From: a virus
DNA: 64,000 nucleotides
IMG/VR virus record: IMGVR_UViG_3300027983_000009
Location: 1-64,000 of that record
Strand: one strand, 5' to 3'
Part shown: in pieces, positions 30,106 through 39,833 of the stretch
Position numbering within the stretch: position 1 is the stretch's first letter
How the letters are laid out: each line of letters begins with the position of its first letter
Position numbers and translations under genes: made by a program
Notes under the pieces: generated by a model
Database searches by the model: none
Seen by the model: the letters and a program-made list of their open reading frames with translations, nothing else
Told to the model about the DNA's origin: nothing

Positions 30106-31251
30106 ATGTTCAACAACCTCACGGATCTGCGGGCAGTCCACTGTCTATATGTGTTGACGCATCCGGATAGCCAGCTACAGAAGCAGGCCATCAACATGAA
30201 GGGTCTTTCCAAAGTCCTGTCCCGTACAGCCTCCAAAACAATGGGCAGGCCTGTGGCAGGACCTGGAGCTGCACCGATACAGTCGCCGGTCAGGCAGATG
30301 CGTGTGCCTACACCGGCGCAGCAGAAATCAATCACCACATCAATGGCGACCAAGGTACCGCCGCCACCAGCCAAGTCGTTGGCGACCAGAGCTGTAGCAG
30401 CTGTGACACCTGCTGTGAAGGCTGTCGCGGCACCCAGATCGAGACCGGCACCAGCGTTGGTAGAAGCGAACATAGGCAAACCTTTGCCGAGTCGTGCTGG
30501 TAGAGCCCTCAACACTGTCGCTAACGTGCCTGCAGGTGAGAGATTTCGCCAGAGGCCAGTCATGAACACAGCAAAACTGCTGTCCGCTGACGGTGTGCCG
30601 GGTATGCGTAGGCTGAATCAGGCCGCGGCTGCCGGCTTGGTGTATTCGGGAGCTCGGGGCCTCAGTGATGCGAATCAGGCTGTGAACGATTCGATCTACA
30701 ACACGACCAGCGATTATGGTGTGCAGGCTGGGCTGACACCTAATCAGAGAAGGAGGCTGAGTGAGCAGGGGCAGAAGGTCAAGCAGTACACGTTGCAGGA
30801 TGCAACCCTCGGGAGACTGAAACGAAATATTTTCGGTCATGGGGGTGACGAGGCTGCTGTAACCGCATCTAAATACAGAGATGAGTTGTACGGCTTGGCG
30901 TTGAATGATGCGATGAAATATCAACTCTCTAAACCTGCTGTGGGTCGCGGTATGTTGGATTCCCTAATGCATTACAGAAGCCCGGCTGCTGCAGCTGTGT
31001 CAGGTGTGCAGCAGGCGGGTAAAAACTATCTGGGTGGTCATATGGAGTACAACGATCCAGCTGCGTACGCTGGGCCGATACAGCAAATGTACTCTACTAT
31101 GAGGCCAGAAAACGAGCAGGATGCTAAGGATATGGCAGCAGCTGCTGTTCAAGGCGGCTGGAAACACCTGACACCAGAGCAGCAGCGGAAGCTGATTGAG
31201 AAGGTTGGACCGGCTGCAATAGCAGCAATGACTGCAAGTGTCGGCAGGTGA
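30106..31251 (+). CDS. Ala/Pro-rich hypothetical protein with KQA motif
   Basis: AGGAG RBS; long ORF. Confidence 0.6.
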   Translation: MFNNLTDLRAVHCLYVLTHPDSQLQKQAINMKGLSKVLSRTASKTMGRPVAGPGAAPIQSPVRQMRVPTPAQQKSITTSMATKVPPPPAKSLATRAVAAVTPAVKAVAAPRSRPAPALVEANIGKPLPSRAGRALNTVANVPAGERFRQRPVMNTAKLLSADGVPGMRRLNQAAAAGLVYSGARGLSDANQAVNDSIYNTTSDYGVQAGLTPNQRRRLSEQGQKVKQYTLQDATLGRLKRNIFGHGGDEAAVTASKYRDELYGLALNDAMKYQLSKPAVGRGMLDSLMHYRSPAAAAVSGVQQAGKNYLGGHMEYNDPAAYAGPIQQMYSTMRPENEQDAKDMAAAAVQGGWKHLTPEQQRKLIEKVGPAAIAAMTASVGR

Positions 31252-31296
31252 CGCCAACGCATCACAGTAAACAGTAAACAGTATAGGAGGCAGAGT

Positions 31297-31527
31297 ATGC
31301 AGATAACACTGGCAGCCAGGTCGTCGACAACTGCGGTATCTCTTCGGCTGTACAGAGTGCTAGCACAGGACAGAGAGTGGTCTTCTGTGAATTATGTGCG
31401 GGCAGCTGACGAGGGTCACGCCGTCACGTGCGTCAGGAATACGAATCAGGATCTGTACAATAATAGCCGTGTGTGGTTCAGTGTGACCATACAGGATGAT
31501 TCCAAAGGAGTCGTGTTCAGAAGATAG
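31297..31527 (+). CDS. Hypothetical protein
   Basis: AGGAGG RBS. Confidence 0.5.
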   Translation: MQITLAARSSTTAVSLRLYRVLAQDREWSSVNYVRAADEGHAVTCVRNTNQDLYNNSRVWFSVTIQDDSKGVVFRR

Positions 31528-31584
31528 TGTGCTGCGAGTTAGTATTGCAGCACTAAACCTCATTAAACAGAAAGCAGTAAACAG

Positions 31585-34500
31585 ATGAAGCAGGTGAAGT
31601 TAGAAAAACTCACACAAGAACAGATCGCGCAGCTCCCGCTGCACACAGAGAAATGGTTGGAGATAGGGCTATCATGTGAGCCGTGCGATTTCGAGAAGGC
31701 CAAAGCGGCTGCAATCGAGTGCTACGTAGCAGCTGGGCTGGAGCCGCCCAAATTGTTTCTTCTTTTCGATTCGCCCATAGCGGCGGCTATGGGGGCGGTA
31801 GCACTGCAGTCTATTGCCTCGGATCAAGGTATGGAGCGGCTCCAGCACCAGCTCAGGAATAAAATCTTGGCGAAGGCCTGGGCGCAGGTCAGTGATCAGG
31901 TCGGTGCGAAGGTACGGGATCATGTCAAGGGACAGGTCGGCGATAGGATCGTGTATCAGATCTGGCAGACGGTCCGGGATTCTCTCACTGCTCAGGTCGG
32001 TGATCGTGTCGATGCTCAGGTCAGCGAGCAGGTCACCGAGCAGGTCGGTAAGCAGATCAGGAATCAGCTCGCTGAGCAGGTCTTGGCTCAGCTCGACAAC
32101 CAGGTCAGTGCTCAGGTCAGTTCTATGATCAACGATCGGGTCACGTGGTCGGTACGGGATATGGTCAACGGGGGGGTCAGTGATATGATCCGCGAGCAGG
32201 TCACGTGGCCGGTACGGGATATGGTCAACGAGGAGGTCTCGGATCAGGTCCGGAATCAGCTCACTGATCAGGTCTTGGAGCCGGTCGGTGATGCGATCCA
32301 CTCGCAGGTCTCGGAGCTGCTACGGGAGCAGATCTGGGAGCAGGTCCGAGATCAGATCTGGGGTCGGATCGATACTCAGATCCGTGATCATATCCGGGAA
32401 CAGGTCGGCGATGATATCAGTGAGCAGATATGGGAGGCGGGCAATGCTACGCTCGCGGTTCGGGATCAGCTCTTGAGGCCGGTCCAGGATCAGGCCTGGG
32501 AGGTAGCCCAAGAGGCGATTGCGCATACTCCAGGCGAGAAAGTCAGCGATCAGGTACAGGTTAAGGTCTTGGGGCAGATCTGGGGTAAGCTCTGCGAGGA
32601 GCTCAGTAGTGAAGTCTTGGATCAGGTCATGAATCATGTCGTCGAGCCGGTCGAGCCGGTTATGTCGCAGATCCGGGACCGAATCCGGGAACAGGTCGGC
32701 GAGCAGGCCCAGGATCAGGCCAGTGCGGGGGTCCGCATTCAGGTCGATGCGCATGTCAGGTATGGGGTCACCGAGCCGGTCGGTGAGCAGGTTGGTACTC
32801 GTGTCTGGGGGCAGGTCTGGGCTGAGGCCAATAACCAGGTCAGTAATCAGGTCGCTGCACAAATCAGTGAGCTGATCAGTGGGCAGGTCGGTGAGCATGT
32901 CTGGGGTAAGGTCCGTGGTCCGGTCTCGGCTCAGGTACGCGAGAGCGTCGGTGAGCAGATCCAGGAGCAGGCTTGGAAGCAGGCCAGCGAGCAGACCCTT
33001 GAGGAGGTCGGTGATCAGGTCTCGGAGCCGCTCAGCGAGCCTGTCCGTGGGATGATCCGGGATCACGTCTTGGGTCAGGTTATTGATCAGATCCATGAGC
33101 AGATCAGCGAGACGGTCCGTAGGGTGATCCTGGGGCAGGTCAGCGGGCAGGTTCGGGAGCAAGTCTGGGAGCAGATCCGGATGCGCGTCAGCGGTCAGGT
33201 CGGCGAGCAGGTCCGGGATACTGTCTCGGGTCAGGTCCATGAGCTGGTCAGCGAGACGACCATGGAGCAGGTCGGTGATCAGGTCTGGGGTCGGGTCATG
33301 AACACTGTAGGTGCACAGGCCCGGGCAGGGGGCCAGAATCAGGATTCGACTTGGGATCGGGTACAGGTTAAGGTCTTGGAGACTGTAGCGGATACGGTAC
33401 GAGAGCAGGTCTTGAATCAGCTCAACGATCAGGTCTTGGAGCAGGTAGGTATGCCGGTATTGGCGCAGATCCAAAATCAGGCTCGGGAACAGGTCGGTGG
33501 TCAGGTCAGTGATCAGGTCAGTGATAGGGTCAGTGATCAGGTCAGTGATGAGGTTCGTGCGGAGGTCTCAGCCCGGGTCCGGAATTCGATCTGGGATCAG
33601 GTCATGGAGCAGGTCCGGCATCAGGTCGATGCGGATGTCAGGGATCTGGTCGGCGGGCAGATCCAAGAGCAGACCTCGGGGCAGGTCAGAAATCAGGTCT
33701 GGGCTCAGACCTGGGATAAGGCCTGGGAGAGTATCAACGCGACGATCCGGGAGAAAATCAGCGAGCAGGTCCGAGAGCAGCTCAAGGATCCGGTCAGGAC
33801 TCAGGTCTGGGATCAGCTCCGGAGTCCGATCTGGGGGCAGGTCCGAGATCAGGTCGGCGAGCCGGCCATGGAGCAGGTCGTGGATCAGGTCTCGAATAAG
33901 GTCTCTGATCAGGTCAACACGGCGATCATGGATCAGGTCCGGGGGCAGGCCCGGAAGCAGACCCAGGAGCAGACCCCGGAGCAGTTACGAGAGCAGCTCC
34001 TGAATAAGGTCAGCGATCAAGTTTTTGGATCGCACGACGTAGGGTGGTTATCTTATTACGCATTTTTCCGCGAGCATTGCGGGTTAACGGAGGCTACAGA
34101 TAAACTTTCCGGACTGCTTGAGCTGGCCAAGAACTGTGGCTGGTGGGCACCGTATAAGGGTGTGTGCATTTTTCAGCACCGGCACAGTGAGCTGCACCGA
34201 GATGAAGCGGGGCGACTGCACAACGAGACAGGGATGGCGTGTCGGTACCGTGATGGTTTTGGGGTCTGGTCGCTTCACGGCATACTAGTGGATGAGCAGA
34301 TTGTTATGCGACCGGAGACACAAACGGTTGCGCAGATCAACGAGGAGACGAATCAAGACATCCGATCTATCCGAATCACCCGGTTTGGGTGGGCCAGGTA
34401 TATTGAAGAGTCTGGTGCGGTGTGTGTGCACAGCATGATCAATCAGATCAGCAACACACCAGAAGCGTTGTACCGATTGGCAGACAATTCACAGAGGCTT

Positions 34501-34623
34501 GTTGCTGGCTGTGTGACTGGTAAGATGGTTACGATGGGTGTCCCATCTACCATCATGACGTGCGAGCAGGCTCAGCTGTGGCTTGCTGGCGACAAAAAGT
34601 TCAATCTGATAGCAGCTACATGA
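31585..34623 (+). CDS. DUF6745-like protein with large internal (QVxx/DQV) repeat expansion
   Basis: N-term KLTQEQ...WLEIGL...DSP; C-term GSHDVGWLSYY...CGWW...GRLHNETG..RYRDGFGVW; ~730 aa of periodic repeats. Confidence 0.75.
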   Translation: MKQVKLEKLTQEQIAQLPLHTEKWLEIGLSCEPCDFEKAKAAAIECYVAAGLEPPKLFLLFDSPIAAAMGAVALQSIASDQGMERLQHQLRNKILAKAWAQVSDQVGAKVRDHVKGQVGDRIVYQIWQTVRDSLTAQVGDRVDAQVSEQVTEQVGKQIRNQLAEQVLAQLDNQVSAQVSSMINDRVTWSVRDMVNGGVSDMIREQVTWPVRDMVNEEVSDQVRNQLTDQVLEPVGDAIHSQVSELLREQIWEQVRDQIWGRIDTQIRDHIREQVGDDISEQIWEAGNATLAVRDQLLRPVQDQAWEVAQEAIAHTPGEKVSDQVQVKVLGQIWGKLCEELSSEVLDQVMNHVVEPVEPVMSQIRDRIREQVGEQAQDQASAGVRIQVDAHVRYGVTEPVGEQVGTRVWGQVWAEANNQVSNQVAAQISELISGQVGEHVWGKVRGPVSAQVRESVGEQIQEQAWKQASEQTLEEVGDQVSEPLSEPVRGMIRDHVLGQVIDQIHEQISETVRRVILGQVSGQVREQVWEQIRMRVSGQVGEQVRDTVSGQVHELVSETTMEQVGDQVWGRVMNTVGAQARAGGQNQDSTWDRVQVKVLETVADTVREQVLNQLNDQVLEQVGMPVLAQIQNQAREQVGGQVSDQVSDRVSDQVSDEVRAEVSARVRNSIWDQVMEQVRHQVDADVRDLVGGQIQEQTSGQVRNQVWAQTWDKAWESINATIREKISEQVREQLKDPVRTQVWDQLRSPIWGQVRDQVGEPAMEQVVDQVSNKVSDQVNTAIMDQVRGQARKQTQEQTPEQLREQLLNKVSDQVFGSHDVGWLSYYAFFREHCGLTEATDKLSGLLELAKNCGWWAPYKGVCIFQHRHSELHRDEAGRLHNETGMACRYRDGFGVWSLHGILVDEQIVMRPETQTVAQINEETNQDIRSIRITRFGWARYIEESGAVCVHSMINQISNTPEALYRLADNSQRLVAGCVTGKMVTMGVPSTIMTCEQAQLWLAGDKKFNLIAAT

Positions 34624-34636
34624 AAGAGGTCGCATC

Positions 34637-35083
34637 ATGACAACAGTGATTCAGGAAATCGAGAGTACTATGTGTCGTGTGAGGGCAGGTGTGGACCCAC
34701 TTGTTCAGCCGGGGAGGCCCGAGAGCTTTACAAGGGGTTGCGTCGCTGGCGACGCCATCAGGCAGGGTGATTTGTATTTAGTTATTGTGGATACAGTGCC
34801 TGCGCACTTTATCCGGGCCACTGACGACTCGTGTCAGCTTGTGCCGGGTAACACTGAAGGAGCCAAGCACTGTCTTGACTCGTTGGAGGGTGTCACAAAG
34901 TGGTATCCACCTAACTGGTCCAGCGAGTCGTTGGAGGGTCCAATGTTGGTGCTGACAAAAGATCGCGTGGTGCTGCACCCAACACATGGACCGGTTACGC
35001 TGTTGGCGGAAACGACAATTGCGTGTCACTACCAGCGAGAGTTCGACGCGATTGAGATGAGGGAGCGAAGAGCTCTCGATTAG
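34637..35083 (+). CDS. Conserved partner of DUF6745-type proteins (RQGD...HP.H...QRE..RxxD family)
   Basis: IRQGDLYL, GAKH, LHPTHGPV, YQREF, RALD. Confidence 0.6.
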   Translation: MTTVIQEIESTMCRVRAGVDPLVQPGRPESFTRGCVAGDAIRQGDLYLVIVDTVPAHFIRATDDSCQLVPGNTEGAKHCLDSLEGVTKWYPPNWSSESLEGPMLVLTKDRVVLHPTHGPVTLLAETTIACHYQREFDAIEMRERRALD

Positions 35084-35174
35084 TTGCTCATAAGCAGCAA
35101 GGTCCACTCTGTGCAGCCGGCTCATTGCGAGCCGGCTGCAGCAGGTGGCGGACAAAAAGAGAAGGGAGCGATAA

Positions 35175-35435
35175 GTGGAGGAACCCAGCAGCTTCAAACC
35201 AGTCGGTAGCAACCACATCGACGGCTACGGCAACCAGTGCGGCAACGGCTCCGGCTATGGCAACGGATACGGCTATGGCAACGTCTACGGCTATGGCAAC
35301 GGATACGGCTACGCCAGCGCCTACGCCAACGTCTACGCCAGCGGTTGCGGCAACGGCAGCTGTTCCGGTTACGGCGACGGCAACGGTTTCGGCAACGGCA
35401 GCAGCACAGTGTCGACATCTACCAGACGACGGTAA
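35175..35435 (+). CDS. Gly/Tyr/Asn-rich mini-protein, cassette 1
   Basis: SSFKPVG...TVSTSTRRR. Confidence 0.55.
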   Translation: MEEPSSFKPVGSNHIDGYGNQCGNGSGYGNGYGYGNVYGYGNGYGYASAYANVYASGCGNGSCSGYGDGNGFGNGSSTVSTSTRRR

Positions 35436-35454
35436 CAGGAAGCAGGAAGGTAAA

Positions 35455-35751
35455 ATGCGCAGCTTAAAACTAGTAGGCTACAGCTTAGGCTACGATCCAA
35501 GTTACGGCAACGGCAATGGCAATGGCTACGGCTATGGCAACGGCCACGGCAACAGCAACGGCTGCGACTACGGTAGCGGCTACGGTACCGGCAGCTGTTC
35601 CGGTTACGGCAACGGTTACAGCTATGGCAACCAATACGGCTCCGGCTCAGGCCCCGGCTCTGGCTTCGGGAACGGTTACAACGGCTACAGCAACGGCGAC
35701 GGCGGCGGTTACGGCGACACCACCATCTCAACGACTACCAGAAGACGGTAG
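35455..35751 (+). CDS. Gly-rich mini-protein, cassette 2
   Basis: MRSLKLVG...TISTTTRRR; GGAAGG RBS. Confidence 0.6.
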   Translation: MRSLKLVGYSLGYDPSYGNGNGNGYGYGNGHGNSNGCDYGSGYGTGSCSGYGNGYSYGNQYGSGSGPGSGFGNGYNGYSNGDGGGYGDTTISTTTRRR

Positions 35752-35771
35752 CAGAAAGCAGGAAGGTAAAA

Positions 35772-36068
35772 ATGAGTAGTGTAAAACCAGTAGGTGGCGG
35801 TATTCGTTACGGTAGCGGACAAGGTTACGGCGCCGGTTACAGCTTCGTCAACGGTAACGGCCACGGCTTCGGCTTCGGCAACAGCTGCAACCGCGGTACC
35901 GGCAATGGTTACATTAGCGGCCGCAGCTTCAGCAACGGCTACGGCAGCGGCTACAGTAACGGCGACGGCGACGGTTATGGCGACGGCAACGAGCGAGGCG
36001 GCCACAGTTACGGCGACGGCTACGGCTATGGCAACGGCACAGTCTCAACAGTTACCAGAAGACGGTAG
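35772..36068 (+). CDS. Gly-rich mini-protein, cassette 3
   Basis: MSSVKPVG...TVSTVTRRR. Confidence 0.6.
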   Translation: MSSVKPVGGGIRYGSGQGYGAGYSFVNGNGHGFGFGNSCNRGTGNGYISGRSFSNGYGSGYSNGDGDGYGDGNERGGHSYGDGYGYGNGTVSTVTRRR

Positions 36069-36088
36069 CAGGAAGCAGAGAGGTAAAA

Positions 36089-36415
36089 ATGAGCAGTGTA
36101 AAACTAGTAGGTGGCGGCCTCCGTTACGGCGGAGGCCGCAGTTCCGGGCAGAACAGTGGCTGTGGTAGCGGCTGTGGCTACGGTGACAGCTACGGCTGTG
36201 CCAGCGGCAGCGGTAGTGGCAGTGGTTACGGCAGCTACGGCAGCGACGGCGGCGGAGGCTACGGCGAAGGCTACTGCAACGGCAGCGGCGCTGGCAACGG
36301 CGCCGGTTACCGTGGAGGAAACGGCGGCGGCTACGGTAACGGTACCGACAACAGCTTCGGCAACGGCTTCGGTCATGGCATCAGCACAATCTCAACAGCC
36401 ACCAGAAGACGTTAA
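36089..36415 (+). CDS. Gly-rich mini-protein, cassette 4
   Basis: MSSVKLVG...TISTATRRR. Confidence 0.6.
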   Translation: MSSVKLVGGGLRYGGGRSSGQNSGCGSGCGYGDSYGCASGSGSGSGYGSYGSDGGGGYGEGYCNGSGAGNGAGYRGGNGGGYGNGTDNSFGNGFGHGISTISTATRRR

Positions 36416-36435
36416 TAGGAAGCAGGAAGGTAAAA

Positions 36436-36723
36436 ATGAGCAGCTTAAAACTAGTAGGTAGCGGCCACGGCCTGGGTTACGGCTTCGGCAACGGCTTCGG
36501 ATTCGGATACGGTTACAGCACCGGATACGGTAACGGCTTCGGCTTCGGCTTTGGCTTCGGCAACAACGGTCGATACGGCAGCACCAACGGCTCCGGCTCC
36601 GGTTCTGGCACTGGCTCCGGCGACTGCGACAGCTACAGCAGCAACGGCAACGGCTACAGCAGGAACGGCTTCGGCAACGGCAACGGTAACGGCACAGTGT
36701 CGACCTCTACCAGAAGACGATAA
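36436..36723 (+). CDS. Gly-rich mini-protein, cassette 5
   Basis: MSSLKLVG...TVSTSTRRR. Confidence 0.6.
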   Translation: MSSLKLVGSGHGLGYGFGNGFGFGYGYSTGYGNGFGFGFGFGNNGRYGSTNGSGSGSGTGSGDCDSYSSNGNGYSRNGFGNGNGNGTVSTSTRRR

Positions 36724-36749
36724 TGTGTAGCAGGGTGTAAAGGGTGTAA

Positions 36750-36767
36750 TCGGTTATTGATAACCGA
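36750..36767. promoter_or_regulatory. Palindromic operator-like site (GTTATnnATAAC family)
   Basis: TCGGTTATTGATAACCGA. Confidence 0.55.
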
Positions 36768-36838
36768 GCTCATAGAGAGCTGACTCATTGTGAGGCAGCG
36801 ACAGTAAGTGGTAAGCAATAATCAGAAAAAGAAACAGA

Positions 36839-37162
36839 ATGATCGATCAGACAGTAGTGATCAACGGTGTTAAGTATGTCCGAGAAGACTCAGTTCCAGT
36901 ACCACGACCGACTGGAAGCAGGGCTGTAGTTGTGGTGGATCGCGGGTGGATCTTCGCTGGGGATGCTCGGCGGGAGGACGGCAGGATCTTCCTGAGCAGA
37001 GCGATCCTTGTCTTCAAATGGGAAGAAGTTGGGTTCGACGGGATGCTCTCAAATCCGCTGTCGACTAAAGTATTCCTGCGACCGCTGCAGAATGATGTCG
37101 AGATCCCGGCAGGGTCGGAGATTTGCTCCGTTCCGGTATCGGAAAACTGGGGGCTGAAGTGA
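36839..37162 (+). CDS. DUF6948-like small beta protein
   Basis: INGVKYVRED...VVVVDRGWIFAG...L..A..V..W. Confidence 0.5.
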   Translation: MIDQTVVINGVKYVREDSVPVPRPTGSRAVVVVDRGWIFAGDARREDGRIFLSRAILVFKWEEVGFDGMLSNPLSTKVFLRPLQNDVEIPAGSEICSVPVSENWGLK

Positions 37163-37368
37163 GCCCAGCCCCGAGCGGCAACACCTTGAAACTTGTAGGC
37201 TACAGCTTAGGCCACTGTTACGGCGCCGGCTACGGTTACGGCAGCGGCAACAGCTACGGCTATGGCTACGGCTATGGCAGCGGCTATGGCAGCGGATTCG
37301 GCAGCGTCTATGCCAGCGGTGACGGTTTCGGCAACGACAGGCAATCAAACAGGAGGACTCAGTGGTAG
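37159..37368 (+). CDS. Gly-rich mini-protein, cassette 6
   Basis: LKLVGYSLG...GYGYG; GTGA overlap. Confidence 0.5.
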   Translation: MSPAPSGNTLKLVGYSLGHCYGAGYGYGSGNSYGYGYGYGSGYGSGFGSVYASGDGFGNDRQSNRRTQW

Positions 37369-38702
37369 TAGAGCAGCACCAAGAATCAGGCAAAACCGAA
37401 CCAGCGGATCTGGTAACAATCACGATCAGCCGAGTTGTGGCACGTTGGCTGGATCTACATCTCCAGCAACAATTCAAAATGCACGGGTTCCGACCGCACG
37501 ATCCGGTACCTCCAGAGGTAGCGGTGGTGGGGCAGGCTGTACAGGAGGCGATGGAGCCCACACCAGCTTTCGCAGGTTTCTCACACGGTTCAGATGTTAA
37601 TGTTTCGTGGGAAGAAGCCATCGTACTTGCGGGGATGTGCCGTCGAGCTCATAAGCAAGCGGGGATAGAGCTGGAAGCCATGCGATCAACCGACCCGGAT
37701 CGGCGACTGCTGCCAGAAAGTTTACGCGACGCGCCGCTAGAAGAGCTGCGTGATCAGGTTAACCCGTGGTGCAGCAGGTGTATGTTGCTGGAGCATCTGG
37801 TCAAGGTATTCACAGACGCAGTACCAGATAGTTACACGGATCGATTCAAGAGTGCGGGTGATCACCTAACGATCACACCACAACCCACTCTGCTGGATCC
37901 TATCATGCGAAGAATGATAGCTGCTGAGGATAGCAGGATATTAGCTTCTATTGCGGCTCCTGCCGCTGGCTCGGAGGATGTGGCCCGCAGGGAGCGGCAG
38001 AAACTACATCGCGAGCCGGATAACCTAATCTACTTCCAGTAGTAGTTCTGCAAACAGTGGAGACTAGATAAAGGAGCTAGAAGTGAAGAAAAAAGGTAAG
38101 GCTGCAGTTATCCGGCAGCGGTGGTCGTGTGTCCCGCGATGGGTGACTCGACAGATATCTGGACTACGGCAGATCGGCCGAATCGACCCATACTACGAAG
38201 TCCATCGCTGCGCGGTGTCTATTCGCATGCTAGCGCAGGAGCTTGATGACAAACACGAGTTTAGTCGACTGATGGATCATTGGGGTAGTTGCGGCGATGT
38301 GTTTTACTGTGAGCCGTACTGGACGAAGGTCGAGGTGAAACCAATCGCAGACAGGCTTTCCAGGTTGCTGTGCTGCTCGTGGAGATTCGCTAAGCCTAGA
38401 TGGAATGACTCGACAATTCGTGTCGAGTTCTATAGGTCACCAGAGGATCAGCTGCCGCTCAGCGGGTTGCGGCGGCAGCAGGTTTTTGCGGATATCGTCT
38501 CCCCAGCTATCGAGGCGAAAATTAAGGCATATATGGATACACCGTACAGGAAGCATAAGCGACTCGAAGATCTAAGAGTGATCACCACTACAAAGGTCTG
38601 GGTGCGGGTAAGGAAGATGCTTGGAGTTCCGATGTTTTGACCGGCAACCAGGTAATTGCGTCGTAGTTGGTTATGAATAACGAACCTTTGACCCGATAGT
38701 AT

Positions 38703-38730
38703 GCCTACTTGGGGGCTTCGTAGCCAAGCG
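38703..38730 (+). repeat. Cas12m-repeat-like pseudoknot motif (CTTGG/CCAAG stem variant)
   Basis: GCC TA CTTGGG GGC TTCGTA GCCAAG CG; operator GTTATGAATAAC at 38670-38681 upstream. Confidence 0.7.
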
Positions 38731-39257
38731 GAGGCACACATGGGTAGCCTGACACTGCATACACAACGGACAAAAACACAAAAGGAAGGTTAGAGTTAGA
38801 GTATGGCTATTAACTTGAAAAAGTTGGCTGAGGCGTTGAGCAATCTAAACCCGGCTGCCGCGGCAGTCCTTCGCAGAGCTACAGCGGATGCCCCCACGAC
38901 AGATGCAGCGGATGAGGAGTGCGAGGTTAAGCTTGTGCTTATCATGATGGCTATGCGGATTGCGGAGAAAGAGGGGTTGAACCCGTGATGGTTAACGTGC
39001 AGCCCGGGGCGGCTAATAACCACCCGGCCACCCCTGAATCCGCGTCACAGATAGTCCGGCACATGAAAGCCGGGGGTCGGTGTATGGTGCAGATGCTGCC
39101 GCGTCGTGATGCAACGATAACCTACCCCAGAGTGGTAGAGCAGGCGAGAATGGATAAAAATGGTGAGTGGTACTTTGGTGTGTCGCTCTGGGCGTTCTCG
39201 TGGTTTACGTTCCCCTCGGCGGGGTTGGTGTGGACGCTGAATTAGGGTAAGCCCCGG

Positions 39258-39412
39258 GTCGGTGACGGTACAGCATTTGTACGGGTGCGTAGCCCGTAGT
39301 TTTCAGAACAACCGTTGCCGCTGGGGTAGCACCCAGCGCCTACCAGCTGTACCTAAACGACGCTATTGGAGTGCGAAGAGCGTCAGGTTGATGATGTGCT
39401 GTACCGTCTGAC
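39258..39412 (+). ncRNA. Candidate structured RNA element
   Basis: 13-bp closing stem 39264-39276/39396-39408 enclosing four further helices. Confidence 0.3.
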
Positions 39413-39833
39413 AGAGAAAATCTGGAAGAAAGTTAAAATCGAGCTCAACATCCAAGACTGAGAGCGACGTGAGGAGAAATATTTCAAATGTCAGACACTG
39501 AGCCCGGGCAACCAAGTGTGGATCATACTAGTATGCTGAAGGACCGCAAAATGACTGAAAACCAGCCAGTCCTGGCAGCAGAGGCCCTCTCTACAGAGGC
39601 TCACATGGTTTCCATGCTGTTAAGCGTGGGCTGGGTAATACACCTGACGGACTACCCAGCATTATCCGTGAAGATGTTTAAGTGCGTAACAACAGGTAAT
39701 ACCACAGCAGTGGAGCAGCTGGAGGTAGAAGTGGACACAATTCTGGAGTTGCAGAGAGCGGGTAAGTTAAAGCGGCACAAACAGTTCAAATCACAGGGTG
39801 TAACAACAACAATTTTTACTGCAGGAGAGTAGA

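Larger units (their letters stand above)
37362..39832 (+). other. Five hypothetical CDS (37362-38042, 38083-38640, 38803-38988, 38985-39245, 39488-39832)
   Basis: RBS-preceded co-directional ORFs. Confidence 0.5.

Noticed and set aside
31672-34003. Long antisense and alternate-frame ORFs (e.g. 32320-33474 minus, RS-rich plus frames)
   Set aside because: Shadows of the 12-nt periodic repeat in the DUF6745-like gene
35125-36461. Thr/Ala-rich and Arg/Cys-rich alternate-frame ORFs
   Set aside because: Shadows of (GGC NNC)n; only the Gly frame has a consistent RBS, start and stop in each cassette
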